In this document: positions 9,920 through 19,871 of the stretch, in pieces
Position numbering within the stretch: the stretch's first letter is position 1
Layout: the number at the start of each line of letters is the position of its first letter
Assembly: GCA_963699255.1 (NCBI GenBank)
Contig: OY969425.1
Span: 270,001-302,000 of the forward strand
DNA length: 32,000 nucleotides
Reading direction: 5' to 3'
From: an uncultured bacterium
GTDB lineage: Bacteria; Margulisbacteria; WOR-1; CAVSGV01
Notes under the pieces: model-generated
What the model was told of the DNA's origin: nothing
The model's input: the letters and a program-made list of their open reading frames with translations, nothing else
Database searches by the model: none
Translations under genes and position numbers: made by a program

Positions 9920-9992
9920 TCCCCTCCAATTTCATTGGAAAGGAAAAACATTAATCTTTAGTCACGTTTTCCTTCTCCTGCATAGCAGGAGA
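9920..9992. repeat. Short palindromic interspersed-type elements upstream of rho (CCAAT-TTC-ATTGG; TCTCCTGC-ATA-GCAGGAGA)
   Basis: Two inverted repeats visible at 9926-9938 and 9974-9992, followed by a GGGGACAGGGTAAGG-type flank. Confidence 0.55.
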
Positions 9993-10105
9993 GGGGACAG
10001 GGTAAGGTTTTTACTTTATTTTGCATTATTTGCTGTGTAAATGAATTTTTTCATTGTGCCGTGCCTGCCGGCAGGGGAGACTTGAGAATTTGCTGATCTT
10101 TTATC

Positions 10106-10134
10106 ATATTAATCGGTAATCGTGTCTTTGTCAA
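10106..10134 (-). promoter_or_regulatory. Sigma-70-type promoter candidate for rho (TTGACA-N17-TAATAT)
   Basis: Minus strand reads TTGACA AAGACACGATTACCGAT TAATAT: a consensus -35 with exactly 17 nt spacing to a near-consensus -10, between the 10217 gene and rho. Confidence 0.6.
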
Positions 10135-10169
10135 GCCCTAAAAGAATGCTTTCAGCATCTCTTTAGGGC
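10135..10169. terminator. Long imperfect hairpin (15-nt arms, 5-nt loop) between the SLH gene and rho; possible terminator or processing site
   Basis: gccctaaaagaatgc-tttca-gcatctctttagggc: 12 Watson-Crick pairs plus one G.T of 15 positions. No U-tract follows, so intrinsic termination is uncertain. Confidence 0.45.
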
Positions 10170-10216
10170 AAGCCCCGAATGAATGCCCGCGTCATCTCAT
10201 CGGGGCAGGCGCGAAG

Positions 10217-11989
10217 TTACGGCGTAACGCCGGCGAAACTCTTGTAATCCTCCATCTCTTTTTCAAACATTCCTGAACGATAGAGCATTTCTATCAGATC
10301 CCCCATAGTGGCTGTCTCTTCAGGCGATCTGCCTGCCAGATATTCCAGAAGGCTGGCCTCATCCACATTTGTCGCTTTCGAAACATATCGCGCGGATTCC
10401 GCCCTTGTGACAGACCGGTCAGGCTTAAAAGTGCCGTCTTCATAATCTGTCATGATGCCGGCAGATTTTACCGCATTTATGAAGCTCGCCGCCCAGTGCA
10501 TGCGGTTTACGTCTTTGGAGACCGTTTTCTGCGTCAGGCTTAGATCAAGTTTTTTGGCTTTTGACATTATCAGTGCCATCAGCCCCCTTGAGAGCGGCTT
10601 GTTCAGTTTGTAATCCTTTCCAAGATAGCCGTAAAGTTCCGTATAGATGACCATGTATGCGAAACTCTTATTTTTTACTTCGTTTATGCTCAGGTCGACG
10701 GGGACATAGAATCTTACTATCCTCCTTGGTATCTCGGCTTCCGAACTGTCCGTATCCCTTAATTTTATTTGTATCTCATTCTTACCTATATTAAGAGGGA
10801 CAGATGCTTCAAATGCTCCGCTGCCTGATACGGCCAGTTTATTGCCGTATATCCAGACATCTGTCACATCAGGATCCACAGTGCCGCTGAAAACCTGTTC
10901 GGTGTCCAGAGTGTACAGGTTGCCGGAAGGAATGAGTGATATCTTCTGCATGACCGTCTTGATCGCGGCGACCTTTTCTGGCGCTGCGGCCGGGGCCGGG
11001 GCTTCTTTTGCAGGCGCGGCTGCCGGCGCAAAAACGGGCGCGCTGTAGAAAGTAAGGGAAACAATATTGGAAGCGATGTTCGTCTGGGCGTAATTCTGCA
11101 GGTATGCAAGATCGATCTTTACCCCTGAATAATCAAAGCCAAGACCAAAAGTAGTGTTGTTCGTCAGTTGCCCGCCGATCGCGGAGCTCGCCTCTTGATT
11201 ATAGCCGGCCCTGAGACTCAAATTCGGATGGACCTTCCATTCCGCGCCAAAGTGCATGGGCCAGGGAACATTGTCTCCGCCAAGGAACATATCCTCATCA
11301 AGCGCGAATTTTGCATTATACTCCAGCCACTGGAACGCCATCCCTATTTTCGTGATGAACGGCATGTCCTCCGTTTCAAAATCCCCGTAGATCTTTGACC
11401 CGCCGATAACGTTTTGGAGGTTCAATCCGTAGGATATCCACTTTTCCGGGGTGTATTTTAATCCAAGGTCAATGTTATAACCCGAGCCGGACCCGTTGAC
11501 GTCGCCGGTGTATCCTTTAGAGTAATATTTTAATGTCGCGCCGCCGTACATGTTCGGCTCATTTCCTGTGGATGGCCCGATCGATCCAAGCTCTTTTCCG
11601 TAGGACAGGACCAGGGCCTGGTTATAGAAATTTGTTGTGCCTGTAGTGCCTCCACCTGAAACATCAATGCCGTTTATTTTTGACGCGACATATCCTATCC
11701 CGAAAACACCCGATGTGGTAGGGATGACGCCGCAAAACATCGTATATTGATATTCATTCAGGAAATTTGAGCTCATCGTGGATATCTGCCAGCTTTTCTG
11801 GCTTCCGAGACCTGCGGGATTCATGAACATGGCGTTCACGTCATCCGCGACCGCAACAAATGCTTTGCCCATGCCCAGCGGGCGGGCCCCGATTCCGACG
11901 GCAATGGGATCGTCATAATAAACGATGCACCAGCAGTTTGCGGAGTACAGGATTAAAAAAGTAGATACCGCTACAAGGAGTTTTTTCAC
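10217..11989 (-). CDS. PorV/PorQ (UPF0164)-like outer-membrane barrel with SLH-like C-terminal region
   Basis: 590 aa; signal peptide, IAVGIGARPLGMGKAFVAVADDVNAMFMNPAGLG (PorV/UPF0164 signature), Pro/Ala linker APAAAPAKEAPAPAAAPEK, then MHWAASFINAVKSAGIMTDYEDGTFKPDRSVTRAESA (SLH motif). Confidence 0.82.
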   Translation of the reverse strand: MKKLLVAVSTFLILYSANCWCIVYYDDPIAVGIGARPLGMGKAFVAVADDVNAMFMNPAGLGSQKSWQISTMSSNFLNEYQYTMFCGVIPTTSGVFGIGYVASKINGIDVSGGGTTGTTNFYNQALVLSYGKELGSIGPSTGNEPNMYGGATLKYYSKGYTGDVNGSGSGYNIDLGLKYTPEKWISYGLNLQNVIGGSKIYGDFETEDMPFITKIGMAFQWLEYNAKFALDEDMFLGGDNVPWPMHFGAEWKVHPNLSLRAGYNQEASSAIGGQLTNNTTFGLGFDYSGVKIDLAYLQNYAQTNIASNIVSLTFYSAPVFAPAAAPAKEAPAPAAAPEKVAAIKTVMQKISLIPSGNLYTLDTEQVFSGTVDPDVTDVWIYGNKLAVSGSGAFEASVPLNIGKNEIQIKLRDTDSSEAEIPRRIVRFYVPVDLSINEVKNKSFAYMVIYTELYGYLGKDYKLNKPLSRGLMALIMSKAKKLDLSLTQKTVSKDVNRMHWAASFINAVKSAGIMTDYEDGTFKPDRSVTRAESARYVSKATNVDEASLLEYLAGRSPEETATMGDLIEMLYRSGMFEKEMEDYKSFAGVTP

Positions 11990-11993
11990 GGTG

Positions 11994-12863
11994 TTATTGG
12001 CGGAAGACCGCGACCTTTACTCGGCCAAGCTCTCTGGTGCTGCCGCCAGCATTTGAAACGATGCTGAGGACATAAACGCCTGTAGGCACCTGTTCATTGA
12101 AATAGGTCAGCGCATTCCAGGGGACGGCGTTATCTCCGGCAGAACCGCCGTTCTCTCCCGCGGGGATCGTTTTTTGCCAGATAAGCGCGCCTTTCTGGTT
12201 GAACAGATACAGCGATATTGTCGCCGCGGTATTGAGCTTATATTTTATCATTGTCGGACCCGTGGAAGGATTGAACGGATTTGGATCGTTGGACGGAGTA
12301 CCTATTATATCCACCTGACCCGGAGATTGAACGGTGAATCCGCCGGCCAGAACGCCGATCTTGCCGTAGCCCACGTTCGTGACCAGAACGTTCCTTGGTC
12401 CGACAGCGGCATTGTTCAGGTCAAAAGTGCACTCCATGCTCGTTGAACTTTCGATCGTGACCGTTGTCCCGTTAATGGTCGGCTGGCTCGGGCCGGTCAA
12501 GCTCGCTGTAGCGTCAGTGGAGATCAAGTAGCCGTTGATCACGACCCTGTATGACGCGTTGTTGTAACCTGCGTGCGGATCGATCTTTTTTACTACGGGA
12601 GTTTCTGCCGTGCTGAATGCGCCGGTCCCGTATACCACTCCAATGAACCTGCCTTCAAGCGTAAAACCTGGGCTCGTGGTGATCTGAGGAACGTTATCCC
12701 GCAGCTTGCCGATGAGCCTGTAACCGGATGATTCTATGGATGCGCCCCCAAGGTCCATGACTTCGGCGGATATCGCGTAGTTCGCGCTGGTGGCGGCTTG
12801 AGCGCCGCAACACCAGAAAAACATCAATAAGATCAATACAGACTTTTTTATTTTTGTCATCAA
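11994..12863 (-). CDS. Secreted protein with IPT/TIG-like and C-terminal FlgD-Ig-like domain
   Basis: 289 aa; signal peptide (ILLMFFWCCGAQA), SNDPNPFNPSTGPTMIKYKLNTAATISLYLFNQKGALIW...VPTGVYVLSI, a typical FlgD-Ig/T9SS-type C-terminal pattern. Confidence 0.65.
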   Translation of the reverse strand: MMTKIKKSVLILLMFFWCCGAQAATSANYAISAEVMDLGGASIESSGYRLIGKLRDNVPQITTSPGFTLEGRFIGVVYGTGAFSTAETPVVKKIDPHAGYNNASYRVVINGYLISTDATASLTGPSQPTINGTTVTIESSTSMECTFDLNNAAVGPRNVLVTNVGYGKIGVLAGGFTVQSPGQVDIIGTPSNDPNPFNPSTGPTMIKYKLNTAATISLYLFNQKGALIWQKTIPAGENGGSAGDNAVPWNALTYFNEQVPTGVYVLSIVSNAGGSTRELGRVKVAVFRQ

Positions 12864-12886
12864 TATTGTTTTTTCATGATATGAAT

Positions 12887-14197
12887 TTATTTGTAAGCAC
12901 GAATAATTATCACTCCGTTCGCGCCGGCTCCGCCAGTTGCGGTATAGGTAGTGGTATTGGATCTTTGCGCGGAACCTCCCGCTCCGCCGCCTCCGTATAA
13001 CGAACCGGCTGTTCCTGTAGTGGCAGTATTGGTAGTAGCTATAAATACACTAGGGCTATGTGTGCTGAATAAGGAATTGCCGCCTGCGCCTGAAATACCG
13101 GAAGTAGATGACAGACGGTATCCCGCTCCGCCGGCGCCGCCCGGAATATTTATATCGCCAGTTGCTCCCGCTGTACCTCCTGCGCCGCCTGCGGCAGTTA
13201 AGGTAGTAGTTCCAGAGGCCATATTTGTACCTCCGCTGCCTCCATTTGCGGTAATAGCGGAAGCATTGAATTGAGTCGGGTTTCCTGCAGTGCCTACGGC
13301 AGTGCTGCCTCCTGCGCCGCCAGTTCCTACTGAGAAAGTATATGTAGTGCCCGGGCTGGTCGCGATACGCTTTATTGTGCATGCTCCGCCGCCTCCGCCT
13401 CCACCCACAGCTCCAGAGGGATTGGCACCAGTAGTACCGCCGGAACCGCCGCCGCCACCACCGATCAAAATAACTTCAATATCAGTTACGCCGGCGGGAA
13501 CAGTAAACGGGCTTGTGCTTGCCGTTGTTAATACTGCGATTCCGGAGAGAACCCCGAGATTTGTTAGGTTCGCTCCGCTGCCGGCAAAAGCAGTTGCGGT
13601 CACGGTTCCTATAAAATTCGCGTCGCCGCTTACGCCAAGAGTCGTGCTGAATGTACTGTATGTTCCGATAGATAATTTATTTTTAAAGGCGCAATAGGAA
13701 TCGCCAACGGAGAGGGAAGGATTGTCCGGATCCGCGGTTGCTCCGGAACCTCCGCCGATGTGAAATGAGGGGTCGCCTGTGCGCGCGCTCGCCGCCCTTG
13801 CTTCAAGTCTGATATTCCGCTGGCCTGATGTCACATCGGCGGTCTTGAAAATAAAATCGATCAGGGTGGTGGTAGGATCTGTCGATTCGTATATCGCGCC
13901 GTTTTCACCGTTCCTGTTGCGCAGGCGCAAGATGGATGAACCGTAGACGTCGCCGTCCTGACGCATGACCAATTCTTTGGAAGCGACAATAGTCCCGCCT
14001 TCCGTTGTGCCGACCCCGATATTTCCGTATACATCCAGCATCTGCACGGGATTTGTTTTTCCGATCGCCACCTGGGTGGTTACATCAACTGTGCCTATCA
14101 CGGTCAAGAACCCCTCGACCGACACATCTTTTGTTACGGCAAAAGCCGGAACAGAAACGATGCATATTATTAATATAAAAAATAGTATATTTTTCAT
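12887..14197 (-). CDS. Secreted glycine-rich, phage-tail-tip-like protein
   Basis: 436 aa; signal peptide, 'VAIGKTNPVQMLDVYGNIGVGTT' module, then PFTVPAGVTDIEVILIGGGGGG...YTFSVGTGGAGG... glycine-rich domain ending GVIIIRAYK. Confidence 0.65.
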   Translation of the reverse strand: MKNILFFILIICIVSVPAFAVTKDVSVEGFLTVIGTVDVTTQVAIGKTNPVQMLDVYGNIGVGTTEGGTIVASKELVMRQDGDVYGSSILRLRNRNGENGAIYESTDPTTTLIDFIFKTADVTSGQRNIRLEARAASARTGDPSFHIGGGSGATADPDNPSLSVGDSYCAFKNKLSIGTYSTFSTTLGVSGDANFIGTVTATAFAGSGANLTNLGVLSGIAVLTTASTSPFTVPAGVTDIEVILIGGGGGGSGGTTGANPSGAVGGGGGGGACTIKRIATSPGTTYTFSVGTGGAGGSTAVGTAGNPTQFNASAITANGGSGGTNMASGTTTLTAAGGAGGTAGATGDINIPGGAGGAGYRLSSTSGISGAGGNSLFSTHSPSVFIATTNTATTGTAGSLYGGGGAGGSAQRSNTTTYTATGGAGANGVIIIRAYK

Positions 14198-14221
14198 TCT
14201 GACAAAATTCTTACCGCGAAA

Positions 14222-15157
14222 TTAGTAATATACGATAACGAGTCCCGCAGCTCCGGCCCCGCCTGCTCCGCCATTCTCCTGGCCGCCGCCGCCACCGCCG
14301 CCGGGAGGAGTTCCTGCTCTTCCGGCAACGCCCCCTCCAGCGGCATTAGCGCCGGGGCCGCCAGCTCCGCCTGAACCGCCCATCGGGCTTCCGCCTCCTG
14401 TGCCGCCGCTGGCTCCATCAGCTGCTTGAGAATTTCCGCCTGTTCCGCCTGTGAGATTAATTGTCCCGCCTGATCCTGCGCCTCCTGCCCCGCCTGTAGT
14501 TGTGGCTCCTGTTGAACCGCCGGCACCCGTAAAAGTGGTTCCGCCGGCAAAACTGCTGTTGTTGCCGTTTGCTCCGGCGCCTCCGCCGGTTCCAACTGTT
14601 ACGGTCACACTAGCACCGCTTACACTTACAAGACCCGCGCTATAACCTCCGCCTCCGCCTCCGCCTCCGGATGTATTATTGCCTGCCGTTACTCCTCCTC
14701 CTCCTCCTCCCCAAACCTGAACGTAAACTTTACTTACTCCCGCAGGTCTTGTCCATGTTCCGCTGGATGTAAACACTTGTATGTTTTGCGGGACTCCTGT
14801 TCCAGGTACCCAGGCTCTGGTTTCTGACGCTGGGAGGGAAGACGCTTCAAAAGTCACTTTTTTAGTGTTGTCAGCGCCATTCTGGATATATGTGGAAGTA
14901 TCGGTCATGGTCTTATTTGTCAGGGTCTGTGTTTCCGCGGTCATTGCGAAGGTATCATTGGCGCCGGGATCCGATATGGTAAGCGTTCTTGCGGCAGCAG
15001 GGTTGTTCCAAAGAAGCGTGTAATTAGCCGTTGTCTGTTTGAACAGGATATTTGTGTTAAGGTCCAGCTGGCCTTCAATTGTGATATTGCCTGTTACGGC
15101 AAAAGCGCCGCATGAAAAAAATAATACAAGAAAAAAACAGGCAAAATTTCTTTTCAT
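14222..15157 (-). CDS. Secreted glycine-rich, phage-tail-tip-like protein (track ORF extends to 15181; start MKRNFACFF preferred)
   Basis: Signal peptide MKRNFACFFLVLFFSCGAFA, LTISDPGANDTFAMTAETQTLTNKTM, then SSGTWTRPAGVSKVYVQVWGGGGGG...GLVIVYY, same architecture as the 12887 product. Confidence 0.6.
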   Translation of the reverse strand: MKRNFACFFLVLFFSCGAFAVTGNITIEGQLDLNTNILFKQTTANYTLLWNNPAAARTLTISDPGANDTFAMTAETQTLTNKTMTDTSTYIQNGADNTKKVTFEASSLPASETRAWVPGTGVPQNIQVFTSSGTWTRPAGVSKVYVQVWGGGGGGVTAGNNTSGGGGGGGGYSAGLVSVSGASVTVTVGTGGGAGANGNNSSFAGGTTFTGAGGSTGATTTGGAGGAGSGGTINLTGGTGGNSQAADGASGGTGGGSPMGGSGGAGGPGANAAGGGVAGRAGTPPGGGGGGGQENGGAGGAGAAGLVIVYY

Positions 15158-15897
15158 GAATATTCGCTCATAATAATTCATTAATACTTATATATCAGCA
15201 CAGAAACGCTGTTGCCTGATCCTGCCGCGCTTGTTACTGCTATTCCTATCATCTTGCCTGTTTGGAGATTGGAATAACCGTTCACACTGCCGGCAGCCGT
15301 AGATGTGCATATCGCGTCGCCGATGTTTATCGCCTGATTGGCAACTGCGTTCGTTATCCTTCCCGAAACGGCTACATATGCCGTGGTTCCTTCAACGGCC
15401 TGAACGAAACCAACAACATTTGGATCTTTTGCAGTGGTAGATGTTTTTACCGTATTGGCACTTGTCGTATCAAGGACAACAACATTACCCGCCACGACAG
15501 TGCCTGAAAAAGCAAAAGGCACAACAATAAGTCCTGATCCGGAGGTTGAAGTATTTAATCTGGCCGTGTTAGCCGTAACGGTATCTATAGTGACCAGGGC
15601 GGTTGTGCTTATGTCGGAACCGGTTATCGTTCCATTAAGGATCGCATCCGATGTGACCGAGCCTGTTGCCATCTTTGCCGCCGTTATCGTGTTAGACGCA
15701 ATTGCGTCAGAAGTTACTGAACCAGTTGCCATCTTCGCAGCTGTGATGGTGTTAGCCGCGATCGCATCTGAAGTGACTGAACTTGTAGCTATCTTGGCTG
15801 CTGTGATGGTGTTAGCAGCAATAGCATCAGAAGTGATTGAACTGGTTGCCATGTTGGCGGCAGTGATGGTGTTATTACCGAGTTTAGCCCCTGTTAT

Positions 15898-16725
15898 CGC
15901 ATTAGCAGCGATCGCGTCTGAAGTGATTGAACTGGTTGCCATATTAGCGGCAGTGATAGTATTGTTCCCGAGCTTAGCGCCTGTTATCGCGTTAGCGGCA
16001 ATAGCATCTGAAGTGATTGAACCGGTTGCCATATTAACAGCGGTGATAGTGTTGCCTGCGATCTTGGCATTGGTTACCGAACCGCTGGTCAAGTCACCTG
16101 CAACAATGCTGTTGGAGAGGTTCAATTTAGAGTAGGCGATAGCAGCGGATCCGTTAATGTCGACATTGAGTATTGTGCCATCAAGGATGGCGTCTGAAGT
16201 GATAGACCCTGTTGCCATATTGGCAGCAGTGATGGTGTTGTTACCGAGCTTAGCGCCTGTAATCGCGTTAGCCGCGATCGCATCTGAAGTGATTGAACCG
16301 GTAGCCATGTTTGCAGCGGTGATAGTGTTGTTGCCGATTTTTGTGCCTGTTACCGAGCCGCTGGTCAGATCACCGGCGACGATACTATTGGAGAGGTTCA
16401 ATTTAGAGTAGGCGATAGCAGCGGATCCGTTAATGTCGACATTGAGTATTGTGCCATCAAGGATGGCGTCTGAAGTGATAGACCCTGTTGCCATATTGGC
16501 AGCAGTGATGGTGTTGTTACCGAGCTTAGCGCCTGTAATCGCGTTAGCCGCGATCGCATCTGAAGTGATTGAACCGGTAGCCATGTTTGCAGCGGTGATA
16601 GTGTTGTTGCCGATCTTTGTGCCTGTTACCGAGCCACTTGTCAGATCACCGGCGACGATGCTGTTCGATAGGTTCAACTTCGAGTAGGCGATAGCCGCAG
16701 ATCCGTTTATATCCGCATTGAGTAT
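15898..16725 (-). repeat. Tandem 276-bp (92-aa) repeats inside the giant gene: two near-identical full copies (16450-16725, 16174-16449) and a diverged third
   Basis: Protein unit IL(N)(A/V)DINGSAAIAYSKLNLSNSIVAGDLTSGSVTGTKIGNNTITAANMATGSITSDAIAANAITGAKLGNNTITAANMATGSITSDAILDGT. Shadow ORFs 16157..16411 and 16433..16687 are near-identical and offset by 276 nt. Confidence 0.9.
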
Positions 16726-16809
16726 CGTTCCGTCAAGGATCGCATCTGAAGTTACAGAACCTGTTGCCAGCTTTGATGCGGTTATGGCTCCGTCGCTTAC
16801 AGTTGCGGC

Positions 16810-17350
16810 TGTCGAAGCATTTCCAGCCAAGGTTGCATAGTTTGCTGAGACTGCAGAAGTTGCTGAGCCTGCCAAAGCTGCATAATTGGCTGAAGTGGCA
16901 GTGCCTGCCAAAGTAGCTGAGCCGGCCAAAGTAGCATAGTTAGCATTTGTAGCGAGATCGGCGTAGGCAGCAGTCGATGCATTTCCAGCCAAGGTTGCAT
17001 AGTTAGCTGAGACTGCGGACGTTGCTGAGCCAGCCAAAGTTGCATAATTAGCAGAAGTAGCAGCGCCTGCGGAGGTTGCAGTACCTGCTAGGGCTGCGTA
17101 GTTAGCAGAAGTAGCAGTGCCTGCCAAAGTAGCTGAGCCGGCCAAAGCAGCATAGTTAGCATTTGTAGCGAGATCTGCAGAAGCAGCAGTAGAAGCATTT
17201 CCTGCCAAAGTTGCATAATTGGCGGAAGTTGCAGTCCCTGCAGAAGTAGCAGAGCCAGCTAAGGTTGAGTAGTTTGCAGATGAAGCAGTGACTGCCGAGG
17301 TTGCAGTTCCGGCTAAAGTTGCATAGTTAGCAGAAGTTGCATTTCCTATT
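16810..17350 (-). repeat. AXX tripeptide-repeat tract (downstream block)
   Basis: Ala at nearly every third residue: [60 protein letters not shown]. Confidence 0.8.
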
Positions 17351-17889
17351 ACCGTTCCACTAAGAGTCCCGCTGAAGGTCTCTGCGGTTACTATTCCTGT
17401 TACAGCGAGATTGCCTGTTGCCCTGTCAAAAGAATAGGTTTTTGTGCCGCCGTTGTTATTCAGATAAAAATCTTTATCATCTACCCTGAAGATATATTGC
17501 TGGACACCCGCAATAGTATCGAACAATCCAATGCGCATAGGTTTGATGCGTGCGTAACCATAATTATTCCCATCAAAAACGCCTTGAGTATTGGCCCCAA
17601 CTACAACAATACCTTCCGATGTCGCATTTTCGGGATCGCCGTCAGCCGTAAAAGCACCTAATTTTATCACACTGCTATTTTCATAGTTCCATATCATTGT
17701 TCTTCCATATGGGTCGATATTGCCTAATATTATTTTTGCTTTTATTCGATCCGTTTCAGCTGAGATATAGCCTGTTGTGTTGATATTGATGGCCGATGCC
17801 AGATCAACTCCTAATATAGTTCCATCAAGGATCGCATCAGAAGTTACAGAGCCGGTTGCCATTTTTGACGCGGTTATTGCTCCGTCACT

Positions 17890-19425
17890 TACCGTAGCAG
17901 CGGTAGAAGCATTTCCTGCCAAGGTTGCATAGTTAGCTGATGTGGCAGTGCCTGCGGAAGTTGCAGTAGCTGCCAATGAAGCATAGTTAGCAGAAACAGC
18001 GCTGGTGGCAGTACCAGCTAAAGTTGCATAATTAGCAGAGATAGCAGTTCCTGCTGAAGTTGCAGTACCGGCCAGAGTTGCGTAATTTGCGGAGGCTGCA
18101 GAGGTTGATGTGCCTGCTAATATCGCATAATTAGCATTTGTAGCGAGGTCAGCTGAGGCAGCAGTGGATGCATTTCCTGCCAAAGCTGCATAGTTAGCTG
18201 AAGTAGCAGTGCCTGCGGAGGTTGCAGTACCCGCTAGAGCCGCATAGTTAGCAGAAGTAGCGGTTCCTGCCGAAGTTGCAGTGCCAGATAAGATCGCATA
18301 ATTTGCATTAGTAGCAAGATCAGCCGACACTGCGGTCGATGCAGTTCCTGACAGGTTTGCGTAATTTGCGGAAGCAGCTGAAGTTGAGATCCCGGCTAAT
18401 GTTGCGAAGTTAGCTGATGTGGCAGTTCCTGCAGAAGTTGCTGTACCGGCCAGAGTTGCGTAATTTGCGGAGGCTGCAGAGGTTGATGTGCCTGCTAATA
18501 TCGCATAGTTAGCATTCGTAGCGAGGTCAGCTGAGGCAGCGGTAGAAGCATTTCCAGCCAAGGTTGCATAATTGGCAGAAGAAGCAGTGCCTGCGGAGGT
18601 TGCAGTACCCGCTAGAGCCGCATAGTTAGCAGAAGTAGCGGTTCCTGCCGAAGTAGCAGTGCCAGATAAGATCGCATAATTTGCATTAGTAGCAAGATCA
18701 GCCGACACTGCGGTCGATGCAGTTCCTGACAGGTTTGCGTAATTTGCGGAAGCAGCTGAAGTTGATATCCCGGCTAATGTTGCGAAATTAGCTGATGTGG
18801 CAGTTCCTGCAGAAGTTGCTGTACCTGCTAGAGCTGCATAATTAGCGGAAGAAGCATTGGTAGCATTTGTTGCGTTGGTAGCGTTATTTGCATTGTTAGC
18901 CCAATCAACTTTTGGAGAGCCAGAAGATCCACCACCGGAGCCAGCCCAGTTAGTGGCATTAGTCGCATTGGTGGCGTTGGTAGCTGAAGCAGCAAGTATC
19001 GCGTAATCAGCAGTAGAAGCACTGGAAGCAGTTCCTGCAGAAGTTGCTGTACCTGCCAGAGTTGCATAATTAGCAGAAGTAGCAGTTCCTGCGGAAGTTG
19101 TAGTGCCGGCCAAAATTGCATAGCTGGCATTTATAGCAAGATCGGCGGATGCAGAGGTAGAAGCATTTCCTGCCAGAGTTGCATAATTAGCAGAAGTAGC
19201 AGTTCCTGCGGAAGTTGCTGAGCCAGCCAAAGCTGCATAGTTAGCTGAAGTAGCAGTTCCTGCCGAAGTTGCAGTGCCAGATAAGATCGCATAATTTGCA
19301 TTTGTGGCAAGATCAGCCGAAGCAGCAGTGGAAGCATTTCCTGCTAGAGCTGCATAATTGGCGGATGAAGCAGTGCTTGCAGAAGTAGCTGTGCCGGCTA
19401 ATGTTGCGAAGTTAGCGCTGGTCGC
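17890..19425 (-). repeat. AXX tripeptide-repeat tract (main block, about 510 residues)
   Basis: [66 protein letters not shown] ... with an interruption SGGGSSGSPKVDWANNANNATNATNATN. Confidence 0.85.
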
Positions 19426-19871
19426 TGTGATATTTGTGATCGTATTTAGTGAACCATCTATGGTCTTGTTCGTCAGCACTTGAGCATCCGATGTTCCGAC
19501 AATTCGACCAATCGTTCCATGTGAAATAACCTCAGCTGTATGAGTATTGAATGTAGAAAGATCTGTCTTTAAATCAACTGATGACGCAGTCGCGAAGTAG
19601 GAGGGGAGGCTCCCGCCTAATTTGTTCGCGTCTTCGGACGTTCCCATGACCGTTCCGTTAAATGTCCCGCTGAACGATTCGGCTGTCACAACACCAGATG
19701 TGTTGATGTTGATATTGGATGCAAGGGAACCGCCCGATATTTTATTTGTTGAGGTATCAACTTTGATCCAGTCAACACCGGATATTTGTGAATTAGATAT
19801 ACCGGAATTTTTACTTCAAGTGAACCATTACCATTCAGATCAACAGTGACATTATCGTACTTATTTGTTGC

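Noticed and set aside
12951-13697. Plus-strand proline-rich ORFs (107 and 135 aa) inside the glycine-rich gene
   Set aside because: Antisense shadows of GGN glycine codons (read as CCN proline); no RBS or domain.
15434-16687. Plus-strand ORFs of 233, 84 and 84 aa antisense to the giant gene
   Set aside because: Mirror images of the 276-bp coding repeats; near-identical because the sense repeats are.
16797-19337. Minus-strand out-of-frame ORFs rich in Leu/Gln/Met (82, 100, 68 aa)
   Set aside because: Alternate frame of the AXX tract; composition is entirely explained by shifted alanine codons.
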